A stretch of DNA of 20,000 nt from Rotaria socialis (Eukaryota). The notes under the pieces are model-generated. The model had not been told where the DNA came from and ran no database searches. It saw nothing but the letters and a program-made list of their open reading frames with translations. Below are positions 1-11,042 of the stretch, piece after piece; the first letter of the stretch is position 1; every line of letters begins with the position of its first letter. The translations under genes were made by a program, and so were the position numbers. The DNA lies in assembly GCA_905331295.1 (NCBI GenBank), contig CAJNYD010000512.1:54473-74472 (forward strand), in the 5' to 3' direction.

Positions 1-339
1 AATCTTTATGGGAGGTATGTCGCATGAAATTTGTTTTACTTATCATATTAATAATTGTATTCATCAAACTACAGCAAAAAAGAATGTAAGCGAATTCAAT
101 GACTAATAAAACATACGAAAGGAAGAAAAACATGCGTAAAGGATCGATTGGAGACAAAAAAAACACATTAGTGGTTGTTTGCACCTAGTAGAAAATAAAG
201 ATCATCTTTCTAAAATTGAATGAATTTGAATCAAACAAAATCATCAGCAATTATTGATCACGATTCTTTTATAATTATGAAAAAAGATCTTTGAGATGAA
301 AAATATTCGTTAAAAATATAAATAACACAGTTTAAAGAA

Positions 340-421
340 AAGCAGAAAAATCTTCAAAAAGCAGAAACGACAGAAAAGAAGCAGAATTTTTCTGCTAAAA
401 GCAGAAGAGGTGGCAGGCCTG
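340..421. mobile_element. Possible right end of a DNA transposon (hAT-like terminus with subterminal repeats)
   Basis: Four direct AAGCAGAA copies (340, 359, 379, 399) and one inverted near-copy (about 390) end in ...GTGGCAGGCCTG at 421, which reads CAGGCCTGCCAC from the end. No matching left end or TSD was found in the window. Confidence 0.35.
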
Positions 422-653
422 CTCTTATTTCTTAGTGTACTCAAAAAAATTCTTTTTATTTCTATGATTGTCCTTTATTCTTTTTATGTTTGCACAAAAA
501 AGAGCTCAGAGGGCTTTTTTTTCTATCGTCTTCCTTATTCCAACAAAAAATAACTATTCACAAACAGGTAAAAACTCTGTGGTGGAGTGTCTTAGGTTCT
601 TTTTTTATAGAAATAGAATTTCAAAATCGAAAGCTAAAGTAGAAGTGTATGAA

Positions 654-3065
654 ATGGTTCCAGTAAAAATGATCAAAAACATGGAAGATGTTCGTGTTAT
701 TAGTTTAGGTACTGTGAGTGATGATGCAACAAAATGTATTCAGACAAATAAACATATTCTTGAGATCAATCCTGCTGCTTTGAATTGCGTCGATTATACA
801 CAGTGTATCAATTTTATGAACTCGGTGCGGGATGAAAAAGTAATTTTTATTATTTGGAATGGATGTATTACTGATATTTTATCAAAATTTCATGACTGTT
901 CGTCATTATTTGCAGTTTTCCTCTACTCTAAGAAGCGTTCTTATGTTCATGATAAACTACGCTCTCAATATTCGAAGATCGTAGATGTATTCGATGACGA
1001 GAACGCCCTAATAGGATCGGTTCGAAATATAATTCAATCCATGGCGAGGATAGCTATCGCTGTTAGTTTGTTCGATCAGAAACAGAAGTCCATTAGAGAC
1101 TTGACGAAAAACTCGGCCTCATTTATTTGGTATCAACTTCTGATTAATGTATTAAAAGATATGATTCCAGATGCGCAGTCAAAAAATAATATGCTCGCGG
1201 TTTGTGAAGATTTCTACGCAAGCAATAAGGAAGAACTTCTAAAAATAGCTGAATTTCGAAAATCTTATACTCCAGACAAAGCTATTTGGTGGTATTCAGA
1301 TGAGTGTTTTCTCTATAAGTTGCTTAACAGAGGTCTTCGAACAGAAAATATCGACCTGCTTTATTCTTTTCGATTTTTTATTATCGATCTCTCTACTGCA
1401 TTGGAAAATGAATGTCAGAAGTTGAAACAGAATGGTTGGGTGACTGTCTATCGAGGACAACGTCTTTCAAATACGGATTTTGAAGAGTTACATGCTAGCA
1501 TTGGAATTATCATTACATTCAACGGATTCCTCTCGACTTCAAGAGATATAAACGTTGCTTTAAGATTTGCTCACAAATGTGCAGCAATTGGAAATGATTT
1601 TAAAATATGTCTCATCGAAATTTGCGTTAACCCATCATTAGATTCAGTTGTTGCCGCTGATATCGAACAGTTTAGTAAAATGAAAGGTGAGAAAGAAGTT
1701 TTGTTTGGTCTTGGTACAACATTTAAAGTCGAATCAATCGAAATGGACGAAGCTTTAAACTTGTGGAGAATTCGTTTAATAACCACTGACGAAGGCGCTG
1801 AACGAACACATGATTATATACAAGCACAGAAAGAGATGATGAAAGAGTATAGTCCTCTGATCGGCTTCGGACGGCTCCTGTGGAATGAATTGGGTCAAAT
1901 AGATCGTGCTGAAAAATATTTTAAAAATTTACTCCAGTCAGTTCCTCCAGATCATCCGGATATTGCCGATATCTATAATAGTATCGGATGTGTGTACGCT
2001 AAGAAAGGTGTACTTGATGAGGCATTGAAAAACTACAATGAAGCTTATGAAATTAGAAAACGAAAATTGCAGGAAACTGATCCAAAAATAGCGGGATCGT
2101 TACATAATATCGCTGTCATTTATAGAGCCCAAAGTGAAATTGATCGTGCCCTTGATTATTTTCTACAAGCTCTAACTATTCATGAAAAGAATTACGATGG
2201 AGACCATGAGGACAAAGGCTACACGATTGAATCGATTGGTTTAGTTTACAAGAGTAAATGTAAGTTCGACACAGCTCTTATATGGCTCAGCCGAGCTCTT
2301 GGTAAGTACAAGCGACTTTTTCCTACATAACATCCCGAAATTGCTAAGTGTTTCGGTAGTATTGGAAGTATTTACGAAGAAAAAAATGAACTTGACAGAG
2401 CACTTGATTACTACTACTGTCAATTGGAAATGGAAGAAAAATGTCTTCCTCCTGATCATTCTAGACTATTGAAGCATCTCGACTGGATCACCCGAATATA
2501 CTGTAAGAAGCATGGCAAAGAAAAAGCGCTGACTCTATATCAAGAAAAGTTAACGATTCAACGTACGATTTTAAATGATAATCATCCAAATATTGCTTTG
2601 AGACTCATGAAAATTGGAGATTTCCTTAAACGTCATGAAGAATACTATGGAAAAGCTTTGAAGATTTTGGAAAAATGTTCGCCTCCAGATCTATTGCTCA
2701 AAATTAACTGTCTAGATACGCTGAGTACAGTAGCCCTAAGTCAGAATGATTTCCAACTAGCTCTCACACATCAGCAAGATATTCTTGAGACCTGTAGTCG
2801 AGTATATGAGCCAAATCATCCCAATTTTCCTTTCAGGCTACAAAAGATTGGAGATATTTATTTCGAAAAATTACACAACTATCAGCAAGCTTTATATTAT
2901 TACTCTGAAGCCTTATCAATGTATCAAATTATTTATCACTCCCGACGCAAAGAACTGTTTGATATTCAGAATAAAATTCGCAAAGTTCAACAGAGCCTGG
3001 CTGGTGACAATATGTTAACAAAGCAAGATGATAATCACGACGACGAATTTTCTCTTTTCGACTAA
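654..3065 (+). pseudogene. NAD:arginine-type ADP-ribosyltransferase + TPR-repeat protein gene, interrupted by one in-frame TAA at 2328-2330 (nonsense allele/pseudogene, or truncated ART-TPR)
   Basis: ORFs 468-2330 and 2424-3065 are in the same frame, and the gap translates as TPR sequence (LFPT*HPEIAKCFGSIGSIYEEKNELDRALDYY). ART motifs are intact: VYRG (R at 1452-1454), FLSTS (1527-1541) and EKEVLF (ExE at 1689-1697). They are followed by about 42-aa KLC/nephrocystin-3-type TPRs (HPDIADIYNSIGCVY, DPKIAGSLHNIAVIY, and others). The first in-frame ATG is at 654; 669 and 681 are alternatives. Confidence 0.85.
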
Positions 3066-3611
3066 AACAGTATGACATTCTCTAATTGTTCATCTATATC
3101 TCCGCTGGAAGCGTGAAGATTTTCACTCATACTGAGGCTCGATGAAAAAAATAATGAAGTTAACTATCAATTTTGTTGAAGACTCAAACTCCCTTTTCAT
3201 CTTCTTTCATTTCAATGGTAAAAACCTCTTCGAAAATTTTCTGCTACAACTGATGCCAAATGACAGTTTCATGTATGCTATTTTTGTCTCTAGTTGTGGA
3301 AGAAACAAAGAAAAATTCAGTCAAATCTGCGTATGTGTGACGCAGACTCATAGTGCATAACTGCAAATGCGGCTAAACAACGTGTATATGGAGTAGGCGG
3401 GTATATAAAGCAACAGAATAAATATTACTCAGAGCGTAAAAATATACGAAGTTAGTGATTGATTAGTGTTGAAGATTCATTACAAGTTGATATATTTACT
3501 TTGATATTCTAGCCAATTCATTCGTGACTATAGAAATATTGAAACTTCATGAAGAACTGAAGAGTTATCACTGGTTCAAATAATGTGTATGATTTGCCTA
3601 TTTATGGTTAT

Positions 3612-3638
3612 TAATAGTGAGTCACTATTAGTGACTCA
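3612..3638. repeat. Two overlapping palindromes containing two AP-1-type sites
   Basis: TAATAGTGA-G-TCACTATTA (3612-3630) and TGAGTCACTA-T-TAGTGACTCA (3618-3638). TGAGTCA is at 3618 and TGACTCA at 3632. Confidence 0.6.
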
Positions 3639-4253
3639 ATTCTTCTTTGTAAGTTGACGATAAAAATTCTAATGAATTCTTAAAGGAAGTTGGATTTGGA
3701 ATGATTAAGCGTTGAGTTGCCAAAGAAATTCATCCAAGCTTTATCATCTCGGAACATCAAGACACACATGCACTGTTCGTGCTGAAGCTACACTTACAAC
3801 AAAAATAATCAACTTTACGTATGGTATCGAATTTGATGACAGTACTTTTGACGGACGGAATTCAAATGCAAAGATGAGTTTATTACTATATATTTCTTTC
3901 TATATAATACATTAGTCGATATCTCGGTTTGAAAATGGCGCATGTGGCGTCAGAAGTTAATAGGACATGATGGAAAAGAAACTGCGATAACAAGTTGTGT
4001 TTATGAGTAATGCTTACACGAAGTGAGTGTTATTTCATTCTTCATTTAGTTTGGTCGTTTTACTTTCTATATCTTAGGGAATCGTGTATGGTTCAATAAA
4101 AGCTCATCGACGATTCAAACATGTCGAGTGAAAAGAAAAATCTCATTAAACAGCAATTTTCATTTCAGTGGTCGTCTTACAAATCAGCAGCTTTTAGTTC
4201 AGCTCATAAATTGATGATCATAATAGTATATTTTCTTTGTTTTATCTTTCAAG

Positions 4254-4452
4254 CAAGGGGAAAAAACTGATTTCTTGATTTCTAGTAATTTCTAGTGATT
4301 TCTTGATTTCTAGTGATTTCTGATATGAGAAATCAACTTTTTCATTGCTAGGAATCATTGGATATCACCAGAAATCAAGAAAGTAGTTTGTAACCCTTGA
4401 TTTCTAGTGATTTCCAATGATTTCTAGTATCATAAATCAGCTCCCCCCCTTG
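4254..4452. mobile_element. 199-bp non-autonomous DNA transposon (MITE), hAT-type
   Basis: Termini CAAGGGG...CCCCTTG, with imperfect TIR extension (ctgattt / aaatcag). Perfect 8-bp target-site duplication CTTTCAAG at 4246-4253 and 4453-4460. The interior is built from GATTTCTAGT/GATTTCTT units in both orientations. Confidence 0.85.
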
Positions 4453-4724
4453 CTTTCAAGTATATTCCGCTTAGGAATGTCAAGTGTTTTCTCATATACA
4501 ATGGATACGAGAAAAATTATTTGTATTCATGTTTATTTGACGTAAGTAATTATTGGTATACACCAATACCCTCAAGATTCAAAATTCAAATGTATTTTAA
4601 GCAAGAATACTAAGAGAGAGAAAATAAGCGAGAAAAATGAAGAATAGAATCAGTATAGCATTGATGTTAAACATTAAGTTCAAGATCATGCAAACAATAA
4701 GCGAAGAGTCAAAGTTGCAGTGTT

Positions 4725-5400
4725 CTAATCCAAATTACGAATAGTTGGATATGATAATCCAACATGCCAATCTGGATCGTATTCAGCCATTTCTACAGAA
4801 AGCTCACCGCTCCATAAACGTAACCACGGATCTTCGGTTCGTGCTCCTACTTCAATGAAATGTGTTTCAGCTGCCAGCTGCCATTAACGCGAATGCAGAT
4901 TTGAAATATGGAGCGCATACCGAAGTAGTACTTCCACTACCAAAGAAGCTACCGCCTCGAAAATCTAACGCCATAATGCTACTTTCGCAAACATGTTGAT
5001 GTTTAAGACATTTATCATTATTTGGTAGTAGCTGATTTGAAATTAACACTTGGTTATTTATGAGAAACTGAACTAGACTGTATACTCCTTGTTTGCCAGG
5101 CTGAGCCGTCATCTGAACCCGAATCTTATAAATCGTCGGAACTGAATGATGAGCAGCAAGTGACAGACGGGGAATTTTCGTAAATGTAGCTGATGCTATA
5201 CCTATTTCAAACATTTCGAGATCTTGATATCGTGTGTAAAAATATCGACGTCGTAGCGGTTTATTTACATTCGAAGAACTTCTTTTTCCAAGATTGGAAA
5301 TATTGATTATATTATTAGTTTTACTTGTAACAACCGGATTCTCTTCACTTGTGCGCAACATGGGAAGAAGATTAAAACTCAAAAACAATATGTAACACAT
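4725..5400 (-). pseudogene. Hypothetical protein gene (about 222 aa if repaired) frameshifted by a 7-bp tandem duplication
   Basis: ORF 5400-4867 ends right at a CAGCTGC tandem duplication (4868-4874/4875-4881). Removing 7 nt restores a 669-nt frame: ...FALMAAETHFIEVGARTEDPWLRLWSGELSVEMAEYDPDWHVGLSYPTIRNLD* (stop at 4725-4727). A minus-strand AATAAA lies at 4532-4537. The family was not recognised. Confidence 0.6.
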
Positions 5401-5730
5401 TGTTTGATTCGAATTTTCGTCTAAGTTCTGAAACAGAACAAAATCTTCGCGTAAGAATATTGTTTCTTATTATAATCGGATCTTTTGATTAATCCACAGT
5501 GAAATATAGATATTTTCATTATTCTCATTCTGTAGTAAATCAGTTGTGTGAAAGGTATGGAAACAAAAACAAATTAGGTAGTTTTTTTCTCACAAGGTTC
5601 AGGTTAACCGTAGTCGGATGCGTAATTAGCATCCTTTGTTTTTTTAATGATAAACAACTCACCTGTCCTCAGCATGCTGCGGGAAGGAATACTCTCGATT
5701 TGTGTGTAATGCTTACGAAAATCGCTTCCA

Positions 5731-5740
5731 CTTTTATATA
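5731..5740 (-). promoter_or_regulatory. Candidate TATA box for the minus-strand gene
   Basis: TATATAAAAG on the - strand. Downstream are a short exon candidate (ATG at 5675, CAG|GTGAGT donor at 5662) and a TTTCAG acceptor at 5428. Confidence 0.35.
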
Positions 5741-5982
5741 CTAGCAATACATTATTTTTTTCCCCGAAACTGCGATGCCTGAATTAGGCTCGTTTAATTT
5801 TGAAGTTGTACCATTCCAATAACATCAAGTATACCATTCTATTTTTCATGCATAAATATTCAGTTCCTTTTCACCAACTTCTAAGTCTGCATGAAGAAAG
5901 GTGTTCTCAATTACCAATTGATGTAACGATATGTAATCTCATTCAATCTCGTATAACTGAAGCAAAAAAGAAAGACACATAT

Positions 5983-6046
5983 TGAGGGTGTGAGGGTGTG
6001 GGCCCACACCCACACCCATATTCTATATCCTGCAGGATATAGAATA
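5983..6046. repeat. Head-to-head telomere-like repeats plus an adjacent perfect 28-bp palindrome
   Basis: TGAGGG TG TGAGGG TGTGGG | CCCACA CCCACA CCCA, with an 18-bp perfect palindrome at 5994-6011. It is followed by TATTCTATATCCTGCAGGATATAGAATA (6019-6046, perfect palindrome). Confidence 0.8.
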
Positions 6047-6568
6047 ACGTATTTAGTGATACTTCAGGGCACGATGATTCTAGAAGGTTGGTATATCGTC
6101 TAGTGGATTCTGATCAGGATTTGAATACAAATGTTACAAATTTTTGACATATTATCAGATGGAGAGTATGTCTGATTATGTTACTTGCTATTTGGCATCC
6201 ATTATTGCTGACAATAACAAAGTGATTTTAAATCAGAGTTTGCCGATGCGAGTGTGTGGCATGTGAGATTCCTTGATAGATTTCGCGAGCGACATCTACA
6301 CACTGACTATTCTATACTGTTATATTTGTTTGAAAATAAAATTTTGTTTCTAGAAGTTGTTTAAAAGAATTAATTTCGCACAGTTTTGTAAGCTCTGTCT
6401 ATCAGCTTTGCAATTTAATGAAAAAATGACTTGCACAACATATGTTGAAAATCATATGTCATGGTCTAATTTGTCAGAAGGTAGATAAGATCATATCTTT
6501 CCCTCATTGGAGTGATTAATCATACTTCTGTTCTGTGAATCACGGAGTTGCATTCTTTCCTTCAATAT

Positions 6569-6638
6569 TGACTCATGGCTTGTTGTAAACAAGCGGTGGG
6601 TATTTAAGTGAGTAATAACAATCGTAACAGCTTCATTC
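6569..6638 (+). promoter_or_regulatory. Candidate core promoter of the VIT-vWA gene
   Basis: AP-1-type TGACTCA at 6569, TATA-like TATTTAAG at 6601 and Inr-like TCATTC at 6633, just before the ATG at 6645. Confidence 0.35.
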
Positions 6639-6644
6639 TACACG

Positions 6645-9193
6645 ATGCTTCGAATCAAACGAGATCTTTCTGGCTTTAGTCAACAAGTAGAGCAACAGTA
6701 TGTACCATTGAAACAGGTTAGTGTCGAAGCGTACATTAAATCGTTTGCTGCCGATGTAACTATCAAACAAATCTTTCGTAACGATGAGACAAAACCAATT
6801 GAAGCAATTTACTGTTTTCCAATCGAAGAACAAGCAGCAATCTACTCTTTTGTTGCTCGAATTGATGAACGAGAAATTGTTGCACATTTGAAAGAAAAAA
6901 AGGAAGCACAACGAGAATATATTGATGCTCTTCAACAAGGTCATGGTGCATATTTACTTGAACAAGATGAAAAATCTCAAGATAATTTTGTTATCAATGT
7001 TGGCGCATTACCAGCTGGTAAAGAATGTCATATCTCGATATCATACGTATCCGAACTAGATTTGGTTCAAAATGGAAGTAAAATTCGTTTTGTTATTCCA
7101 ACAACTATTGCACCACGTTACAATCCAGACAAAGGTGGTATTAGTGCACCATCTGACACGACATCTAAATATGTTCAAACTACTCAGTATACAGTTGAAT
7201 TTCATTGTCGAGTAACGAAAGCAAATGTTTCTCGAGTTAGTTCAACATCTCATCCGATCAAAATTGATCTCGCTCAAGAGGATGTGTATGTGATCGAGTT
7301 TGCTCAACAAAGCACTCATCTAGATCGAGATATCTTATTGGATATTGAATTAGTTAATAATCATTCGAATACCATTGTTGCAGTGGAACCAGGCGCTGTT
7401 ATGGCATCATTTACGCCAACGGAAGAAGATTGTCAACGTGCAATGAATAATACTGAAATGACCAATGAATTTATTTTTGTTGTCGACTGTAGTGGATCGA
7501 TGGAAGATGAGAACAAGATTGGATTGGCTCGTGAAGCCATGTTACTCTTTCTCAAGAGTCTTCCAGTCAATTGTCATTTTAATATCATTCGATTTGGATC
7601 AAATCATCGGGCACTATTCAACGAGATCACTGCCATTTACAATGAAGAGAATTCACAAAAGGCTGAACAGCTTACAAAACAGTTGAAAGCAGATTTAGGC
7701 GGTACTGAGCTAGTAAGTCTTCATTGCTTTTAACGATGTTATCTTAAACAGTCGGTCGTTTATCTCTATTGTAGTTACAACCTCTTCAATGGTTAGAAAA
7801 ACATTCTCCAAGACAAGGTCGTGCAAGACAAATATTTCTGTTGACCGATGGAGAAATTTCAAATGTGAATGAGGTACTCGACTTGTGTCGTACGATGGCT
7901 ACTTCTACACGAATCTTTTCATTCGGCTTGGGTCATTCGCCAAGTCGTTCACTAGTCAAAGGTCTTGCTCGAGCAACAAATGGACGTTTCGTTTTTATTC
8001 CACCTAATACTAGTGTTGACGTACACGTGGGTGAACAATTGCAAAAAGCTCTACAATCCTGTATAACAAACATAAAAGTGAAATGGAATCTGGCTACTGA
8101 TGTAACAAGTGCGCCAACGAAAATGCCACCAGTCTATGCTAATGATCGTCTCATAGCGTATGCACTTGCAAACGATCCAACGTTTGTGTTCAATCATAAC
8201 TCGAGTGTCGAATTACATACTGATGAGAATCGATTGGGAGAAGCAAAAATCGATTGTATACCACAGGTTAGCAACAATGGAACGATTGCAAGACTTGCTG
8301 CAAAAGCTCTTATTCTCGAACTACAACACTCGAAGCTACCATCCTCAATCGGACAGAATCATTCAGGGTCATTACAGAGTCGATTTCAGCACAATCAACC
8401 ATCACCAATACCAACAGTCGACGAAAAAGAAACCACGAAGAAACGTATTATTAAACTTTCCCTCAAGTATCAGATTCTAAGTCCACATACTGCTTTTATT
8501 GGCGTTGAAAAACGAGTGAATGCCAGCAACGCTGATATGGTCTTGCGTGAAGTACCAATTCAAATATCGGCCGATGACGAACATTTATTGGGATCTCAAC
8601 AGATGATGAATTTTTCTGCTCCTATGATGGCCTGCTATGCAGTGTCACCACCAGCGTTCAGAGCGTCGATGAAACAATCTAACTTCTCAATGGACTGTGC
8701 TTGTTTCAACGCTTCAGGAGCATCTCGATCGAGTTCGATGTTTAATTCTTCTATGTATGATGAGTGTTGCATGCCTGAATTATTAGCTGATTCAGACCTC
8801 TATAATGACGAGTCAAACAGTAATGCTATGGACTTATGCGCAAGCCCTCAGTATTTGATTGTCCAAGAGAAAACTGAATCATGGCCAATAGATGATCAAG
8901 ATATTGTTCGTTACTTGATCAGCAGACAAAAATTTAACGGTTTATGGGATTTGGATGCAAAAGATATAGAACAACTGACCGGAAAATCGCTACCAAACTT
9001 TCTATCATTCAACAACAATCAGCAAATTGTTATTGCGGCCATTGTTATTGTTGCACTTGAAACACGTTTTGCTACATTGTCGACAATGTGGCATGCTGTA
9101 GTACAGAAAGCTCGCAAACATCTACTCGAATTACTCAACAAAGACGCTAATCAACTTCAATCACTATTAGAAAGGATTCGTCAAGAATTCTAA
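6645..9193 (+). CDS. VIT + von Willebrand factor A domain protein (VWA5A/PARP4 C-terminal-like), 828 aa, 2 exons: 6645-7712 and 7775-9193
   Basis: VIT domain (KQIFRNDETKPIEAIYCFPIEEQAAIYSF...EAQREYIDALQQG). vWA MIDAS residues: VVDCSGSM (7485), LGGTEL and FLLTDG. The phase-0 intron 7713-7774 (GTAAGT...TTGTAG, 62 nt) joins GGTEL|LQPLQWL in frame. C-terminal motifs are SLKYQILSPHTAFIGVE and LISRQKFNGLW. AATAAA is at 9275-9280. Confidence 0.92.
7713..7774 (+). other. Spliceosomal intron (62 nt) in the VIT-vWA gene
   Basis: GTAAGT donor and pyrimidine-rich TAG acceptor. Removal joins the two ORFs in frame within the vWA domain. Confidence 0.92.
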
Positions 9194-10191
9194 GCATTAC
9201 TTTTTTTGTCGTTGTCTACTTATATTTATCTGTAAAGACAAAATATTTAATATAGAAGAATCGATAATTTATTTAATAAAGCAAAGAATTCATATCACAT
9301 GAAAAACAAGTTTAATCTAGAATAACCGCAACTGTATTGGAAGACGATAAAGCAACGACTAACTATGTTAAATCTATGATTATGAAATATTTTCTTCTTC
9401 TAGCCAAGAGACGGTCTTGAACATACGAATAGACAAACAAAAATAGCCTCAAAATAATCATAATATTCTATTCCTGATTGCTTACTTCTTTTCAAAGACT
9501 TCGATTATTAACTGCCAAAAAATGAGTCCAATCTTGTGTTTATTCAACGACTCAGTTATCATTCTTATCCATTTCTATATAGAATAAATTTTTTGATCAT
9601 TACATTTCTAAAATCATTACTTATGATTTGGTGCCACAATAATATTCATTGTAGAAAGGTTGTTTTTTCTTTGTATAGTTATAGTTTCAACATTTCATGC
9701 AAGTTTTAATTAATTATGGATCTATAGATATTTGACCAATCCGATATGTGCGAAGAACGAAAATCTAAAAATACGAAATAGTCTCAATTTTTAATGAGTT
9801 CCTAGTAGACAGGATATGAATATGGCCTCCATCGACAAAAGCCATTTGAGATCAAGATTGGTTAGTAAAGGGAATATAATAGATATTATTTAATTAAAAA
9901 AGCGATACTCCGGAATTCGATACAAATTTTAACAGATTTATTATTGTTCATTGACTGTATTCCAATAAGAGACTTGCTATCTATTGGCAGCATCATTTTC
10001 AGTGAGAATTTTCTTGAATATAAGAAATACAAGAAGCTTCGATTTTATTTCCGAAAATAATTCAAGAAAAAAAGTGTTAAAACTTCGTTACTATACTGGT
10101 CCACGTATCTGTTCATTATGTGTAAGAAGCTTTTCGTGTATAATTGTTGATTTTGATGATTGCTGTTATGTTGTAAAATGAATGTAGGATG

Positions 10192-10889
10192 CTATTGTGG
10201 TAATTTAGCGCCAACATTCGCTCTTGTCAATAGTTTTCTTTTGGTAGTTTTTTCACTGCCTAAATGTTGCAAAGCTTGTTCATTTGATAGTGACTCAAGG
10301 TATGCAAGCAGCTCATTGGCATCAGAAGATGCATTGTTTTTTTTTATTCTTTAAGGATTCGTAATTTTATTTCGGCTGCTTCGTTATTAACAATGACGAT
10401 CTTTTCTTGAGATTTAATTAAGTATTCTTTTCTGATATTCACTCAAGTCGTCTTGCCATTCGGCTATTTGCTTTGGCTGTCATTCATCGAGCGCATAACG
10501 ATATACTTATGTAACCACTCACGATGTAATTCGTCATAGATCATTTGTCGTTGTTCGCCATATTTCAAAAGTTCGTTTTGTTGAATAGTGGCATCATTTA
10601 CAATTCGTCGGGTCACTGTTTCTGTCTCTTTAAATACTTGTTCTAGACGATATCTTACATTGACATCAAGATTTACTTGTATATCGATCAGATTTGACAT
10701 TAATTTGCCGATTTAGTAGGAACTTGACAAGTTAACACTTGTGAACGATGTAGTATTCATTGTCGATTGAACATTAGCTGAATTATGCAGACTTGAATTT
10801 TTCTTCTCCCATGTACTAGATTTCTGTTTTTCCTTATGATTTTCTTGGTTGACTAATTCTTTTCTGATTGGTTTAACTTTCGATGGTAC
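10192..10889 (-). pseudogene. Decayed gene for a hydrophilic alpha-helical/coiled-coil protein
   Basis: Continuous protein-like translation across several lesions: YHRKLNQSEKEL...SSSY*IGKLMSNLIDIQ...EWLHKYIVM / LDE*QPKQIAEWQDDLSEYQKRILN / KSQEKIVIVNNEAAEIKLRILKE* / NASSDANELLAYLESLSNEQALQHLGSEKTTKRKLLTRANVGAKLPQ*. Stops occur at 10713-10715 and 10480-10482, plus frameshifts. An upstream 53-nt GTAAGT...TAG intron candidate lies at 10890-10942. Confidence 0.6.
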
Positions 10890-11042
10890 CTAGATAATTA
10901 CAAACAAAACTTATGACCTGCTTCAATCATTTAAATACTTACTAAATAAAAATTTTGGGAATTCCGATTGAAAACTGCCCAACGAGTTATCTACTATTAT
11001 TCATATTAATCTAAGAACAAGCGATAACAATCAGAGTTTCAT

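Noticed and set aside
468..653. N-terminal 62 aa of the 468-2330 ORF
   Set aside because: It starts at TTG, which is not a normal eukaryotic start. It is T-rich and contains an intron-like GT(568)...TAG(610/616) stretch, so it is probably UTR or intron.
2302..2400. GTAAGT at 2302 as the donor of an intron that would remove the TAA in the ART-TPR gene
   Set aside because: The nearby acceptors at 2348, 2359, 2368 and 2398 give frame-breaking lengths (47, 58, 67 and 97 nt). The in-frame options (2379 and 2400) are poor purine-rich acceptors. The segment also encodes good TPR consensus.
3142..3915. Short ORFs 3142-3360 and 3712-3915
   Set aside because: No recognisable motifs or splice structure. 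They are chance ORFs or unidentifiable remnants.
4266..4430. Repeat cluster as a CRISPR array or satellite
   Set aside because: There are no unique spacers of regular length, the context is eukaryotic, and the cluster is fully explained as the MITE interior.
6633..8480. Overlapping alternative-frame and antisense ORFs in the VIT-vWA gene (likewise 1571-1786, 2241-2459, 2785-3018, 14257-14442 and 19667-19966)
   Set aside because: They are shadows of the real coding frames and have no independent motifs.
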